This document shows, in pieces, positions 38,365 to 49,627 of a stretch of 64,000 bases of DNA. The stretch's first letter is position 1; each line of letters begins with the position of its first letter. The notes under the pieces are model-generated. The model saw only the letters and a list, made by a program, of their open reading frames with translations, ran no database searches and was not told the DNA's origin. Origin of the DNA: Candidatus Bathyarchaeia archaeon (GTDB lineage: Archaea > Thermoproteota > Bathyarchaeia > Bathyarchaeales > Bathycorpusculaceae); assembly GCA_049516875.1 (NCBI GenBank), contig JBEKSS010000009.1:1-64000 (forward strand), read 5' to 3'. Made by a program: the position numbers and the translations under genes.

Positions 38365-39789
38365 ATGGAATTACCTCAAAAACCAAAAGTGTCGCGCTTA
38401 ACCACAGCTTTGATCGCAGCAGTCATCATCTGTCTGTTGGCAGGGGGAACACTCGGCTACGCGATAAGCAGCTTCACCCTTTCGAACCAAAACAATGATC
38501 TCCAGAGTCGCATTTCAGCTCTCGAAAACCAGGTTTCAACTCTCGAAAACAACGTTTCGACTCTACAATCAGCGACGAACGTTTCGACTCAAGTCATTAA
38601 TCTTCAGAGCCGCTTGTCGGTTCTCGAAAACCAGGTTTCGGCTCTACAATCAACGGCGAACGTTTCGAGCCAGATCAGTGATCTCCAGAGTCGCATTTCG
38701 GTTCTCGAAGAGCAGGTTTCAAATCTCCAATCAACGATCAACTCATTCACACAAAACGTCACCTACCAGAACATCACCTATTTTCTAGGAGAGAATTTCT
38801 CACTGTCTCAGTTGTATGAGCAGATCAAAAGCTCTGTAGTCGTGGTTCAAGGAATAATAGTTCAGTACGACTTCTTCGGGCAGCCTTACTACGCAGAAGT
38901 GCAAGGCTCGGGGTTTGTCTCTAACCTGACGGGGCAGTTTGTGATAGTCACGAACTACCACGTTGTTGACGGCGCAACCAACATCACCGTCACATTTATT
39001 GACGGAGACGCCTACTCAGCCACTGTAACTGGTTCAGATCCCTACGCAGATCTCGCGGTGCTTTCTGCAAACGCGCCACAGCATGAGTACGTGCCACTGA
39101 CAATCACAAGCTCGTCAACTCTGAGAGTCGGTGACCCAGTGCTTGCCGTCGGCAATCCTTACGGGCTGGCAGGATCTGTGACCTCAGGAATAGTCAGCGC
39201 TCTGGGCAGAACGATTACGGAGAGCACGGCGGGCGCTTATGCTATAGCTGATTGCATACAGACGACGACACCCATAAACGCAGGCAACTCTGGAGGACCT
39301 CTTCTGAACTATCTAGGTGAAGTCGTAGGCATAACCGCCGCCATCGTAAGCAACTCCCAAGGGCTGGGCTTCGCGATTCCTTCAAGTTCGATACTGCGAG
39401 AGATCGCATCTTTGATCACAAACGGCTCATACAACAACCATTCTTGGTTGGGAGCGTCCGGAACAGACATGACGTTGGGCATTGCACAAGCGATGAACAC
39501 AAGCGTCACCTACGGTTGGCTGATCGCTCAGGTCACAAGCCAAGGACCAGCGGACAAAGCCGGTTTGCGAGCCGGCACAACTCAAGTCCAAGTTGATGGG
39601 ACATCGGTGACGATAGGAGGCGACATTATACTAGCCCTCAACGGCACGAGAATCAGGAACTCGGATGACCTTTCAACTTACGTCGAAGAATACACTCTAC
39701 CAGGCCAAACAATTAGTGTTGCAGTAGTAAGAAACAACGCGACTCTGACATTGCCGCTCACGCTGGGAACCAGACCGCCACCAACGTAG
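38365..39789 (+). CDS. HtrA/DegP-like serine protease with TM anchor, coiled-coil repeats and PDZ domain
   Basis: GSGFV, TNYHVV, DLAVL, INAGNSGGPL, PADKAGL; LQSRISxLExQVSxLQS repeats. Confidence 0.93.
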   Translation: MELPQKPKVSRLTTALIAAVIICLLAGGTLGYAISSFTLSNQNNDLQSRISALENQVSTLENNVSTLQSATNVSTQVINLQSRLSVLENQVSALQSTANVSSQISDLQSRISVLEEQVSNLQSTINSFTQNVTYQNITYFLGENFSLSQLYEQIKSSVVVVQGIIVQYDFFGQPYYAEVQGSGFVSNLTGQFVIVTNYHVVDGATNITVTFIDGDAYSATVTGSDPYADLAVLSANAPQHEYVPLTITSSSTLRVGDPVLAVGNPYGLAGSVTSGIVSALGRTITESTAGAYAIADCIQTTTPINAGNSGGPLLNYLGEVVGITAAIVSNSQGLGFAIPSSSILREIASLITNGSYNNHSWLGASGTDMTLGIAQAMNTSVTYGWLIAQVTSQGPADKAGLRAGTTQVQVDGTSVTIGGDIILALNGTRIRNSDDLSTYVEEYTLPGQTISVAVVRNNATLTLPLTLGTRPPPT

Positions 39790-39891
39790 CGGCCTCTAAG
39801 CAGGCTATCACGAGGAACAGTAAGCCGCATCATAGTGCATACTGTGACCGTCGTGCGCCGTGGCCAAAGTGAGGAGAAAATAGTCAGATCA

Positions 39892-40446
39892 TCAGCGAAT
39901 CCGCACATCTTTTTTCTTGTCGAGCAAATCTGTGATTTCGTCGAATTCTCCCGTATAGTCCTTATGCTCCTTAACAAGTCTCCTCAATCTGTTCTGGTTG
40001 AAACTTCCAGTGTATATTCCAAACACAAAAACGGCGAGTAGCGCCCAGAAAAAGAAACTAGAAAACACGTTCAAACCGTCTGTGTAGATTTCAGCGACGA
40101 GGGGAATCAATGCTCCAACAGATGTAGAATACCCGCTAATCATCCCTATGAGGGCTCCCCTAAGATCATCCCTATTATCGTTTATACTCTTGGCCAAACT
40201 GGCTTTTCTTTGCCACAGGTTTGAAGTATCACTATAGTCTACAGCGCTAGCCAGTTCGTCAAAGGCTTCAATCAAATTTCCTGAACTGCGTACGAATGCA
40301 CTGTTCACTTTTTGATGATACAGCTCTCTGCTCTCCAGATACCGCTTCTTAAGTGCTATGTTGTCCACATAGGGAGTCCTCCTCTCTCGCCAGGCGTACC
40401 TAACATTCTCCAAGAAGCCCTTCATTCCGTCTTCAAGCTTGGCCAT
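39892..40446 (-). CDS. Hypothetical protein with 2 C-terminal TM helices
   Basis: 184-aa ORF, GAGGG upstream. Confidence 0.65.
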   Translation of the reverse strand: MAKLEDGMKGFLENVRYAWRERRTPYVDNIALKKRYLESRELYHQKVNSAFVRSSGNLIEAFDELASAVDYSDTSNLWQRKASLAKSINDNRDDLRGALIGMISGYSTSVGALIPLVAEIYTDGLNVFSSFFFWALLAVFVFGIYTGSFNQNRLRRLVKEHKDYTGEFDEITDLLDKKKDVRIR

Positions 40447-40515
40447 ATTCCCTCTGAGTTTTTATTCATAAGAGAATCGCTATTTAAACATGATAAGCGC
40501 GCTACAAGAGACGCT

Positions 40516-40783
40516 TCAAAGAAAAGGGTCAACCGCCTCCGCTGCCTGTTTAGATTCGATGACTGGAACTATCTCAAAGTCAACCAAGTCCTGCCATTGA
40601 ATCACCCACTTCTGGAACAAGCTTGCATCATCACAATTCCATAAGTTGGAAGCAACGGTTACAATTAGCCTCCACCCAACTTCCAACGTATTTCAACCCT
40701 TCAGGCAGTATTCTACCCTCTTCTCGAACTCTCTGATAAACTGCTTTTGCATCCTTGAATCGCTCAATCACCATAAACAGCAT
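40516..40783 (-). pseudogene. DUF3303-like protein with a 1-bp insertion near 40636
   Basis: MLFMVIERFK..GR.LPEGLKYVGSWV....RCFQLME, then CDDASLFQKWVIQWQDLVDFEIVPVI in the next frame. Confidence 0.75.
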
Positions 40784-40985
40784 CCTGTGTCCCTCACAGC
40801 CTTGGTCAACCCTTTCACAGTTTTCAACCCATCTACTTTCATTAATGTTTCGCCCTGCAAAGATTCGCCCCACTCCCCACCAACGCGCGCTACGCCTTTC
40901 CCTTGCAAACGCCGTCCATTATCCATTCTGATTTGACACTAATTACTCTGACTAAACAAGCTTCTTATAACGCGAGGCGTCAGAC

Positions 40986-41342
40986 TTGGGTATGCAAACC
41001 AAAATCGCATATTTGTTCATGGGAAAGAATACAAGGCTACAAGCAAGATTGCGGAAGCAGCAGAGGGGCAAGCCGATACATGAACTGAGTTCACTTCTCC
41101 ATCGCAAGCTCCTGAAGATTGTCTGCAGCGTGGTTTGGGATATTCGTTTGATGAAGACGTCAATACTGATAACCAAAACGCCATTAACGACGCTCAAATG
41201 TCTGTCTCGCAACTACATTGGCCGCTCGCCTGTCAACAGTGTCTTCATTCACAACGCGAACGCGAGAATGCTCAGGGCAGCCAAGCATATCACAGATGGT
41301 TTTTCTCGGCTTTTGGAAGAGTTTGCACATGAACGCGGCTGA
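40986..41342 (+). CDS. Hypothetical basic protein
   Basis: 118-aa ORF with a TATA-like TTATAA upstream; no recognised motif. Confidence 0.4.
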   Translation: MGMQTKIAYLFMGKNTRLQARLRKQQRGKPIHELSSLLHRKLLKIVCSVVWDIRLMKTSILITKTPLTTLKCLSRNYIGRSPVNSVFIHNANARMLRAAKHITDGFSRLLEEFAHERG

Positions 41343-41471
41343 CACGAATCTTTGAATGTTGGAAGACAACACTGGAGTTTCTGCCAAGACCGGTCAGTTG
41401 CACACAAACTATCCTGTTCATAGATAGCGCGCGCTAAGAGTATTAAGTGGCCATGCAGTTATCCGTAGCTT

Positions 41472-42020
41472 ATGCAACTTGGAAAAGTGTTTCGAAAATT
41501 CTCCGCCAGAGACGGACGAGAAGTGATTCTGAGAACACCCAAATGGGAAGACCTAGATGACCTTATGGAACTCATCAACTCACTTGTAGACGAGAAAGCA
41601 GAGATTGCGCGCACTGACAAAGTTACCAGAGAGGATGAAGTTGAATGGTTGCCCAAAGTGCTCGCAAGTCTGGAGAAAGATGAGCTTTTTTTCCTAGTTG
41701 CAGAAGTAGACAGAAAGGTTGTCGCCTCATCCGACATTCACATTCTAAACGGTAACGAGAAACATGTCGGTGTCCTAGGCATAGTCCTCAAGAGTGGCTT
41801 CAGGGATTTGGGCATCGGGACGGAGATGATGAAGACATTGGTAGAGCAGGCTATGGCTTTGGGTTTGAAGGTTTTGACGTTGCAGGCTTTCGCCACGAAT
41901 AAGCGAGCGGTTCATGTCTACGAGAAAGTGGGTTTTGTTCAAACTGGCAGGGTTCCCAAGAAGCACTTCAAAGATGGTCAATACGTAGATGAAGTAATAA
42001 TGACAAAGTTGATCGAGTGA
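41472..42020 (+). CDS. GNAT family N-acetyltransferase
   Basis: FRDLGIGTEMM, N.RA..VYEKVGF. Confidence 0.9.
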   Translation: MQLGKVFRKFSARDGREVILRTPKWEDLDDLMELINSLVDEKAEIARTDKVTREDEVEWLPKVLASLEKDELFFLVAEVDRKVVASSDIHILNGNEKHVGVLGIVLKSGFRDLGIGTEMMKTLVEQAMALGLKVLTLQAFATNKRAVHVYEKVGFVQTGRVPKKHFKDGQYVDEVIMTKLIE

Positions 42021-42414
42021 GCGCCCGCACGATTGGTTTGGGTTTGAGGCCAAGTTTCCTCCCGGTTTCTCAAGTTGTCTTTGTCAACATCCTTCAAAAT
42101 CCATTCTCCTCTACAGTCACAAGCGAGACTTAGCCTATTTCAATCTTTGGGAATGGTTCAGGAGGAGGGGGTGAAACTCATCCAGACCAGAAAATTGTCT
42201 ATTGTCAGGGCGCGCGCTGTAACGATTCTCCATGCTTTCCCGGCTCTCAACAGAAGCATGCCAGAAGAACATGACTTCGTTCTGCATTACTGATTTCTGC
42301 TAAGGATTGCAGGTTCATAAACGCTTTATCAAAAAAAATCAGCATTAACACGCAGGCTCCCACGTTCGATACTGGAGCTGAATTTGGAACAGCAACAACC
42401 AGGAGCATATTCGC

Positions 42415-42843
42415 TTGATTATCAAAAACAGTTCACGGTATCCCTCCGACAAAGTTGAAGACCTCGTCAAATTCGCCCTCAGAAACTCGCCACATTCCGA
42501 TAGACTAGAAGTTCAAGTGGGAAGGAGCAAACACGCATTCTACGGACGTATCTTCACAAGCGCAGAGAATTGTACATGCGGATGCAACGGCCAACGCTTC
42601 CTAATCGTAGTCCGAATAGGCAGCAAGAAACACTTCCCATACCTCTCCATCTATCCAAACAACAAACGGTGCCAGAAGTACGCGGTAATGTTGAACAACT
42701 GGAAAGAAGCACTAGTGAAAGTCACAGCGCATGAAGGAATGCACCTGCGACAGCTGACAGAAAAGAAACCCATGTGGGAACACCAAGCAGAGAAACACGC
42801 AAAAATCCTCCTCGCCAAATATCGAACCACCTTTGCAGACTAG
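42415..42843 (+). CDS. Small HExxH zinc-metalloprotease-like protein
   Basis: VTAHEGMHLRQ...EHQAE; GGAG upstream. Confidence 0.6.
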   Translation: MIIKNSSRYPSDKVEDLVKFALRNSPHSDRLEVQVGRSKHAFYGRIFTSAENCTCGCNGQRFLIVVRIGSKKHFPYLSIYPNNKRCQKYAVMLNNWKEALVKVTAHEGMHLRQLTEKKPMWEHQAEKHAKILLAKYRTTFAD

Positions 42844-43010
42844 CAAACGTATTCAAACCTAAATTCCTACAGCATCCAACCTTGTCCGACCAACGCCCGC
42901 AAATCCAAGCGCACGGCAATCACAATATTCCGCTTTTTGATATATATCGGAAATTGAAAGAAGCGCTTTATTGAGATTTACGATATAAAACTGTAAGGGT
43001 ACAGGGCGTC

Positions 43011-43244
43011 ATGGGTATGAATAAGCGGAAAAAGGTTAAACTGCTCGAAGCTCAAGATGCTGAAAGCATACAGCTTCGCTGGAAAATTAGAAGGCAAGTT
43101 CAACAGGAACTCCTGCAAAAGAAGTTAATGCAATGTTTCTCAAGTCCAAGTGAAGGGGATGCATGCATCAAACGATATCCTGAAGCCATGCAACCAATGA
43201 TTAGGGATTTCATGCGAAAAGCAGATGAGCAAACGAGGCTTTAA
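43011..43244 (+). CDS. Small hypothetical protein
   Basis: ATG with TATA-like ATATAAAA upstream. Confidence 0.5.
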   Translation: MGMNKRKKVKLLEAQDAESIQLRWKIRRQVQQELLQKKLMQCFSSPSEGDACIKRYPEAMQPMIRDFMRKADEQTRL

Positions 43245-43288
43245 AGCACATAGCAAGCGCGACGTTTTCCTTAACCATTTACAAGCTT

Positions 43289-44470
43289 CTATTTCAGGCG
43301 GATTTCAACCCCGTCTCCATCCTGCAGTGTGAATGTTGCGCCGACTTTTTGCGGACTGAACGCGAGACGTTTGGACCACACTCTTGCATACTTAAAGTTT
43401 TCTTTGAAGTCGCTGTGAATGCTCTTAGCCAAGTCGTAGACCGACGAATCCTTCCTTAGGATGAACGGGTTCCTCGAAAAGCCTCTCTCCTTCGGTTCCT
43501 TCGTGTAGACACGCATCAGGTTCAACGCCTTAAACAGAGTCTCACCCAGCTTCTCTAAGCCGATTCTGCGGTAGCACGAGACCGCGAGGATCGGAAGCTT
43601 GCCGCGAACATAGGTTTTGAGCAGCTTCAGGTTCCTCTCAGCACCCTTCACGTCAGCCTTGTTCGCAACAATCACCGCAGGCTTGTAAATCGTGTTCTCA
43701 AACACGGCCTCCTCAACCTCCTCCAACGTGGCGTCTCCCGAGATCCTCACAAACGCGTCCGTGACATGGTAGGTCTTGAGCAGATCTTCAACATCCTTGA
43801 ACGTGCAATCAACCAGTCTTCCGAAAACGACTATCCGCAGGCCCGCACCCATGTACTTCCTCTCTATATCCACCCGCGCACGCGGCTGGCTCACCAATAT
43901 CCGCGCCTTCTCCATCTCCCCCAAAACCAGAGACAACCCATCAACAGGGTTCTGCGACAAATCGACAATGATGATTAGACCGTCAGCGTTCCGGGCTATC
44001 CCCAAGGTTTGCAGTCCCCATGTTCTCCCGTCCGCTGAGCCCTCCATCAACGCCGGGGCCTCAATCAACTGGAACTGAATGTCCTGGTAATTCATTATCC
44101 CGGGCACAGGCACTCTCGTCGTGTACGGGATCGGTGACACTTCAACCTTAGCGTTCGTGACGGCGGCAAGCAAACTGCTCTTTCCCGCCTTCGTCAGGCT
44201 TATGAGGGCTACTTGTGCCGCGCCCTCCTTCTCAATGAAAAACTTCGGCCCACTCCTAGCCGTCGACGCCTTCTTCCTCTTCTTCTCCTCAATCTCCTTC
44301 CGCAAGTTCGTAATCTGCTTCTTAGTCTGAACCACCAATTTCGACGTGCCATGATGCCTCGGGACCAAGCTCAGAAACTCTTCCAGCAGGCGAAGCTTCT
44401 CACGCGGCTCCTTCGTCGCCTCAACCTCTTCCCACTTGTTCTTCGCGTCAGGAGGCAAATTCGTCGGCAT
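43289..44470 (-). CDS. DRG/OBG-family GTPase with TGS domain
   Basis: MPTNLPP, KEGAAQV, GKSSLL, PYTT..PVPG, NKAD, RVYTKEP, IHSDF, C-terminal TGS. Confidence 0.92.
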   Translation of the reverse strand: MPTNLPPDAKNKWEEVEATKEPREKLRLLEEFLSLVPRHHGTSKLVVQTKKQITNLRKEIEEKKRKKASTARSGPKFFIEKEGAAQVALISLTKAGKSSLLAAVTNAKVEVSPIPYTTRVPVPGIMNYQDIQFQLIEAPALMEGSADGRTWGLQTLGIARNADGLIIIVDLSQNPVDGLSLVLGEMEKARILVSQPRARVDIERKYMGAGLRIVVFGRLVDCTFKDVEDLLKTYHVTDAFVRISGDATLEEVEEAVFENTIYKPAVIVANKADVKGAERNLKLLKTYVRGKLPILAVSCYRRIGLEKLGETLFKALNLMRVYTKEPKERGFSRNPFILRKDSSVYDLAKSIHSDFKENFKYARVWSKRLAFSPQKVGATFTLQDGDGVEIRLK

Positions 44471-44670
44471 AGCCCGCGCATCCAAACAATAATCTCAAGG
44501 CTCAACGCTAATATCTGTTTCCGAACAGCATGGACTTTACACTTTTTCTCGCTGTCACAAAGGCTTCAAAATGGTATAGACCTCTCGTGCGCTGCACATA
44601 CTACCATCATCAACTTCTTAAGTTGACAATTCCATTATTTGCTTCATTCAAAGGTAGAGGAAAGCGCGGA

Positions 44671-45195
44671 ATGAAAGAGACTGAGTTGAAGCTGGTTTCT
44701 GAGCTTATGAAGAACTGCAGAAGAAGCGATAGGGAACTCGCGAAAGCTATCGGAGTCTCTCAGCCCACCGTCAGCAGGATGATCACGAAATTGGAGAAGG
44801 AGGGTTTTCTCAAAGAATACACTGTCATACCAGACTTTCAGAAGCTTGGATACAGTCTGGTAGCCATAACGCTTGGCAACGTGAAGGAAGAGTTTCGGAA
44901 GCCGGAAATGCTAGACGAGGCGAGAAGAAAATTCGTGGAAAGTTTCGATCATGCGGCTTTTGAGGTAATTCTGGATGAGAGAGGAACGGGAATGGGATAC
45001 GACGGGATCATAGTTTCTTTCCACAGAAGCTACTCGGAATATGCTGACTTTAAAAGATGGATAGCGCAGATGCCCTTCATCAACGCGCGCAGGCTTGACA
45101 GTTTTCTACTGGATCTCACCGACAAAGTGCACCACCGCTATCTCACTTTCTCATATCTGGCCAAGCACTTACTGCAACCTCAAAACAGAGCCTAA
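44671..45195 (+). CDS. Lrp/AsnC family transcriptional regulator
   Basis: KNCRRSDRELAKAIGVSQPTVSR..LEKEG..KEYTVIPDF.KLGY. Confidence 0.9.
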   Translation: MKETELKLVSELMKNCRRSDRELAKAIGVSQPTVSRMITKLEKEGFLKEYTVIPDFQKLGYSLVAITLGNVKEEFRKPEMLDEARRKFVESFDHAAFEVILDERGTGMGYDGIIVSFHRSYSEYADFKRWIAQMPFINARRLDSFLLDLTDKVHHRYLTFSYLAKHLLQPQNRA

Positions 45196-45391
45196 AACTA
45201 ATCACGCACGACACAGACCACGCTCCATAACAAAAGAACGTGCGTTTATGCTTGCGCTAGGTTTCTCATGGTCTATTTTGATGGTCAACTTATCATGTCA
45301 ACCTATACAATAGGCGCCCTCGCTGAACATGAATTGCACGTATGGCGGGAAAGGTTTAAGGTTATCCTGATAGTTTTGCTCTAATCTAACA

Positions 45392-46330
45392 GTGAGGAAT
45401 TTGGACTCGAATCTCGTGGGAGAGTCAGCTGCGATTCTCACCTCATGCTTCTGGACGTTCAGCTCTATCCTTTTCACGTCGGCTGGCAGAAGGTTTGGTT
45501 CAATCAGTGTCAATGCGTATCGCACTATAATGGCTATTGGGCTTCTGGCTTGTACGCATGTCGTTTTGCTGGGTACTCTACTGCCTCTTGCAAGCAGCGG
45601 GCAATGGTTCTGGATGGGTTTGAGCGGCATCGTTGGGCTTGGCATTGGTGATTTCGGGTTGTTTGCAGCGTACGTTACCATCGGTCCCCGACGTTCAGTC
45701 CTCATACAGGCCTCAGCCCCAATATTTGCATCATTAGCCGCGTACTTCATGCTGGGAGAGCCGTTGTCGACAGTGGCGGCACTTGGGATAGCAGTCACAT
45801 TGTTAGGCATTATCGTGGTCATACTCGAAAGGGAAGAGACGCCGGAAGAGAAGTCGGAAGAGAGGCTTGCAGCGAAGAAGCGGAAGACTTGGGGGGTGTG
45901 CTTCGGTTTGGTTTCAGCGATGGGTCAAGGGTTCGGCGTTGTTCTCTCCAAGAAGGGAATGTATCTTGGCGTGAGCGTGGCGATGAATCCGCTGTCCGCA
46001 GCGTTGATACGGATGATGCTGGCAGGCGTTTTCGTGTGGACATGTGCTCTCTTCGCAGGAAAACTGCCGGAACTGCACCGGGCTATGAAGGACAAAGAGG
46101 GAATCAAGTACACGGCTGCGGGTGCACTGGTTGGCCCGTTCGTTGGCATGACACTCTCCATGGTCGCTGTAGCCGACACTCAAGCAGGCATCGCGCAGAC
46201 ACTGATGTCCCTGATGCCCGTCCTCATCATCCCAGTGATATGGATAATCTACAGAGAAAGAACCAGCGGGCGCGGCATACTAGGCGCTATCGTTGCCATC
46301 ATCGGAGTTGCCATTCTATTCCTAACCTGA
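45392..46330 (+). CDS. DMT/EamA family transporter
   Basis: About 10 TM helices in two repeats; SGIVGLGIGD, IGPRRS. Confidence 0.9.
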   Translation: MRNLDSNLVGESAAILTSCFWTFSSILFTSAGRRFGSISVNAYRTIMAIGLLACTHVVLLGTLLPLASSGQWFWMGLSGIVGLGIGDFGLFAAYVTIGPRRSVLIQASAPIFASLAAYFMLGEPLSTVAALGIAVTLLGIIVVILEREETPEEKSEERLAAKKRKTWGVCFGLVSAMGQGFGVVLSKKGMYLGVSVAMNPLSAALIRMMLAGVFVWTCALFAGKLPELHRAMKDKEGIKYTAAGALVGPFVGMTLSMVAVADTQAGIAQTLMSLMPVLIIPVIWIIYRERTSGRGILGAIVAIIGVAILFLT

Positions 46331-46643
46331 AACCACAGCACGCGCGGCTTGCCACTCTGATGGCAACTCACTCGTAGAAAGCCTACGAGCAGAAGAACTA
46401 GTGAATCTTGATGTTTGCACCGAGAATTGATGCCATTGTTTTTTGTGGAAGGCCTGGAGCATTTTGATAAGTCATCGTAAACTTTCTCGCTGTGCCCAAT
46501 AAACAGCACTATGACCTGTTTTTCGGCCAGGTCCATTTCGAAGATAGTTCAAACAACGCGGACGTCAAAGACTCTTTAGTCAGTTTTTGTTTACGAAAAG
46601 CCTTTTCTCGCTGTTTCTAACCGTTGTTCACTGGAGGATTGCT

Positions 46644-47622
46644 ATGGCTGGGTTTGAGAAGGAAACAAACTCCACCGTTTTTGCGGCTTTGAAGCATCCG
46701 ATTAGGCGAAAAATACTGCGGGTCCTTTCTGAGGGCTCCCGAAGTTTTACAGACATGCAGAATTCTTTCAACGTTAATAGTCCTGTTCTGACGTATCATC
46801 TTGAAGCCCTGAGAGACCTGATTTCTAGGACTGAAGACGGAAAATACAGACTATCCGCAACGGGCGAAGGTGCCATAGCACTGATGGAAAGAGTGGAAGA
46901 GGCTCCAAAAACAACGTCAAGAACCGTCTCACCAACTAGGCGCAGGCGTGTCCTGAGTCTCTTCCAGTTAACAACCACAATCTTAGCTATAACTTTGCTG
47001 ATAAGCGGATGGTACCTGGCATCTGTCTCAGAAATACGGACTTCCTACAGTCTGCCATACGAATCTTTTTCACGCAGAACTCCCCCAACAATCAACGGAG
47101 TAATCTACGACACCTGCATCACCACCCTCGTCCCTCCCACAGAAGAACTGGTCACCAACGGGTCACCCTCATTTCTGTAAGAATCAAACACATTGAAAAA
47201 GTTTCACAAGGAATCTGCAACATCAGCCTAAGATACACAGAATACTCACACATGGAAGACAGATACGTTCCCAAAGAACAAAATTACACAGCAGGACAGT
47301 TTCTGCCCTCAGAAACCAGCGATGGACTCATCTTCTCAGGCTTCATATCATTACCAGCAACCATAGGACTGGAAAAAGCGAACAACCCTTACCCAAGGAC
47401 ATCGTAATCTCGGTGCTCACTAACACATCCGACCCCAACCCGGCGTTGCTGCTAAGCGTTGAAGCACCCATATACGGCTCGCACGCGGAAACACAGCCTT
47501 ACAGAAACCAAGGCTTCCTATGCATCTCCACAGGCACCATGATTCTCACTGCAACGCTCACATCATCAGTCCTCCTCACGATAGACGAACACAGACACCA
47601 CAGCACACACGACCGTTCCTAA
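46644..47622 (+). CDS. ArsR-type wHTH fused to TM / extracellular domain / TM, with two frameshifts (~47161, ~47393)
   Basis: FAALKHPIRRKILRVL..LTYHL..L..LI; ORFs 46587, 47009 and 47413 join at short G and C runs. Confidence 0.7.
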
Positions 47623-47781
47623 ACCCGTTCGTCGAGGCAGCCTGCGCCCCTGGCTCCACCCAGTCCACGGACATCGGCGTCTCCTGAGAAACCCCAAGCA
47701 CCCTCCTCAGAGCGTTACCCAACCCCATCACACTTGAAAAAACAAACCCAAGAACAACAACACACCCGCCACACCGCACGT

Positions 47782-47828
47782 CCGTTTGAGTCTCAATAAA
47801 ATCACGGATTGAGTACTCAAACACAAGG
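47782..47828 (-). repeat. Dispersed ~50-bp double-palindrome element, copy B
   Basis: Minus strand CCTTGTGTTTGAGTACTCAATCCGTGATTTTATTGAGACTCAAACGG. Confidence 0.9.
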
Positions 47829-47964
47829 ACCCAAACCCCAACACCACCAATCCACCCCATTGAACAAGGAAACGCACACGCAAAGCGCATGCCAACGACA
47901 GAAGCTCAGCTCAACTTACAACAGAATTGCACGGGGTAGCTACGAAAAAAGGGAGAAAATGAAG

Positions 47965-49269
47965 CTATGGCCCTTTCTTAGTTATCTCCTTTATGATGCC
48001 TGCGGCCACGGTTGTGCCCATGTCTCTGACGGCGAAGCGGCCCAGCTCCTCAAACTCCGCGAAGGTTTCGACGGCAATCGGGTGCAGAGGCTCCATCCGC
48101 ACGACGGCAGCGTCTCCAGTCTTCAGGAAAGTCGGTTTTTCCTCAGTGACCTGTCCCGAGCGCGGATCAAGTTTTCGTATCAGCTCCGTGAACCGGCACG
48201 CCACCTGTCCGGTGTGGTAGTGCAGGACGGGCGTGTAGCCGGCTGCAACGGCTGTGGGGTGGTAGATGACGATGATTTGTCCGATGAACTCTTTGGCAAC
48301 CGTCGGCGGGTTGTTGACGTGTCCGGCGACGTCTCCGCGGTGGATGTCGGTTTTGGCTACGCCGCGTATGTTGAAGCCTATGTTGTCGCCCGGTTCAGCC
48401 TTCGGAATGCGTTCATGATGCATCTCCAGTGATTTGACCTCGCCCTGCTTGTTGGTCGGCATGAAAATGACCACGTCGTTCTCTTTGATGACGCCGGTTT
48501 CCACTCTGCCGACGGGGACGGTGCCCACGCCTGTTATGCTGTAAACGTCCTGGATCGGAACGCGCAAGGGTTTGCCCGTGGGTTTGGGAGGCACTTCGAA
48601 CGTGTCCAGAGCTTCAATCAGGGTTGGACCCTTGTACCATGGCATGTGTTCGCTGGGTTTGACGAGGTTGTCGCCGGTCCAGCCGCTTGTGGGTACGAAC
48701 GGAATTTTTTCAAGTTTGAAGCCCACCATCTTGAGCATTCGACCAACTTCGTTCTTGATTTCGTTGTACCGTTCTTCACTCCAGTTCACCGAAACATCGT
48801 CCATCTTGTTGACGGCTACGATGACCTGGCGGACGCCCAGTGTGAAAGCTAGGAACGCGTGTTCACGTGTTTGGCCGCCGGGGCCGATGCCAGCTTCGAA
48901 CTCTCCTCTCCTGCTGGAGCAGAAGAGTATGGCGCCGTCGGCTTGGCTTGCCCCTGTGATCATGTTTTTGACGAAGTCTCTGTGTCCGGGTGCGTCTATG
49001 ACGGTGAAGTAGAACTTCTTGGTCTCGAACTTTAGGAATCTGAGGTCGATGGTGACGCCTCTTTCGCGTTCTTCTTTGAGGTTGTCGAGGACCCATGCGA
49101 ACTTGAAGCTTTCTTTTCCGGCTTTCTTGGCTTCTTCCTCGAAGGTTTTGATTGTTCTTTCGTCGACGGCTCCTGCGAGGTAGAGCAGGTGGCCTGTGGT
49201 GGTTGATTTGCCGTGGTCTACGTGTCCCATGATGACTAGGTTCAGGTGTGGCTTAGCTGCTTTGCTCAC
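47965..49269 (-). CDS. tuf: Translation elongation factor EF-1alpha
   Basis: [40 protein letters not shown]; GGAGG RBS. Confidence 0.98.
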   Translation of the reverse strand: MSKAAKPHLNLVIMGHVDHGKSTTTGHLLYLAGAVDERTIKTFEEEAKKAGKESFKFAWVLDNLKEERERGVTIDLRFLKFETKKFYFTVIDAPGHRDFVKNMITGASQADGAILFCSSRRGEFEAGIGPGGQTREHAFLAFTLGVRQVIVAVNKMDDVSVNWSEERYNEIKNEVGRMLKMVGFKLEKIPFVPTSGWTGDNLVKPSEHMPWYKGPTLIEALDTFEVPPKPTGKPLRVPIQDVYSITGVGTVPVGRVETGVIKENDVVIFMPTNKQGEVKSLEMHHERIPKAEPGDNIGFNIRGVAKTDIHRGDVAGHVNNPPTVAKEFIGQIIVIYHPTAVAAGYTPVLHYHTGQVACRFTELIRKLDPRSGQVTEEKPTFLKTGDAAVVRMEPLHPIAVETFAEFEELGRFAVRDMGTTVAAGIIKEITKKGP

Positions 49270-49461
49270 TTTCTTTTTTTCCTCCTGTTCTTCAAGTATT
49301 TCCTCTAAATTTTAGTGAATTCGTTTATTCAACTGTTTAAAGGGTTATTTTAAGTTTATGATGTTGACTCTGCGCTTGTGACACGGGTGTAACGCGTTTG
49401 CGGGGCGCTTGTTCGGGGCCTGTGGGAGTCTTTGGGATCTTGCGGAGTTCGTGTTGGCGTG

Positions 49462-49518
49462 TGAGCCCTTGTGTTTGAGTACTCAATCCGTGATTTCTTT
49501 TTGAGGCTCAAACGGTTG
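49462..49518 (+). repeat. Dispersed ~50-bp double-palindrome element, copy C
   Basis: TGAGCCCTTGTGTTTGAGTACTCAATCCGTGATTTCTTTTTGAGGCTCAAACGGTTG. Confidence 0.9.
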
Positions 49519-49627
49519 TTGTGACGTTTTTGGGAATTCAGATGGGGGATTCATAAGCGATTAATATTGTTGTGCGGGGAATTAGTACGGTCATCGTGGC
49601 GTTGGATGTTGCGTAGGGGTCGGTTGG

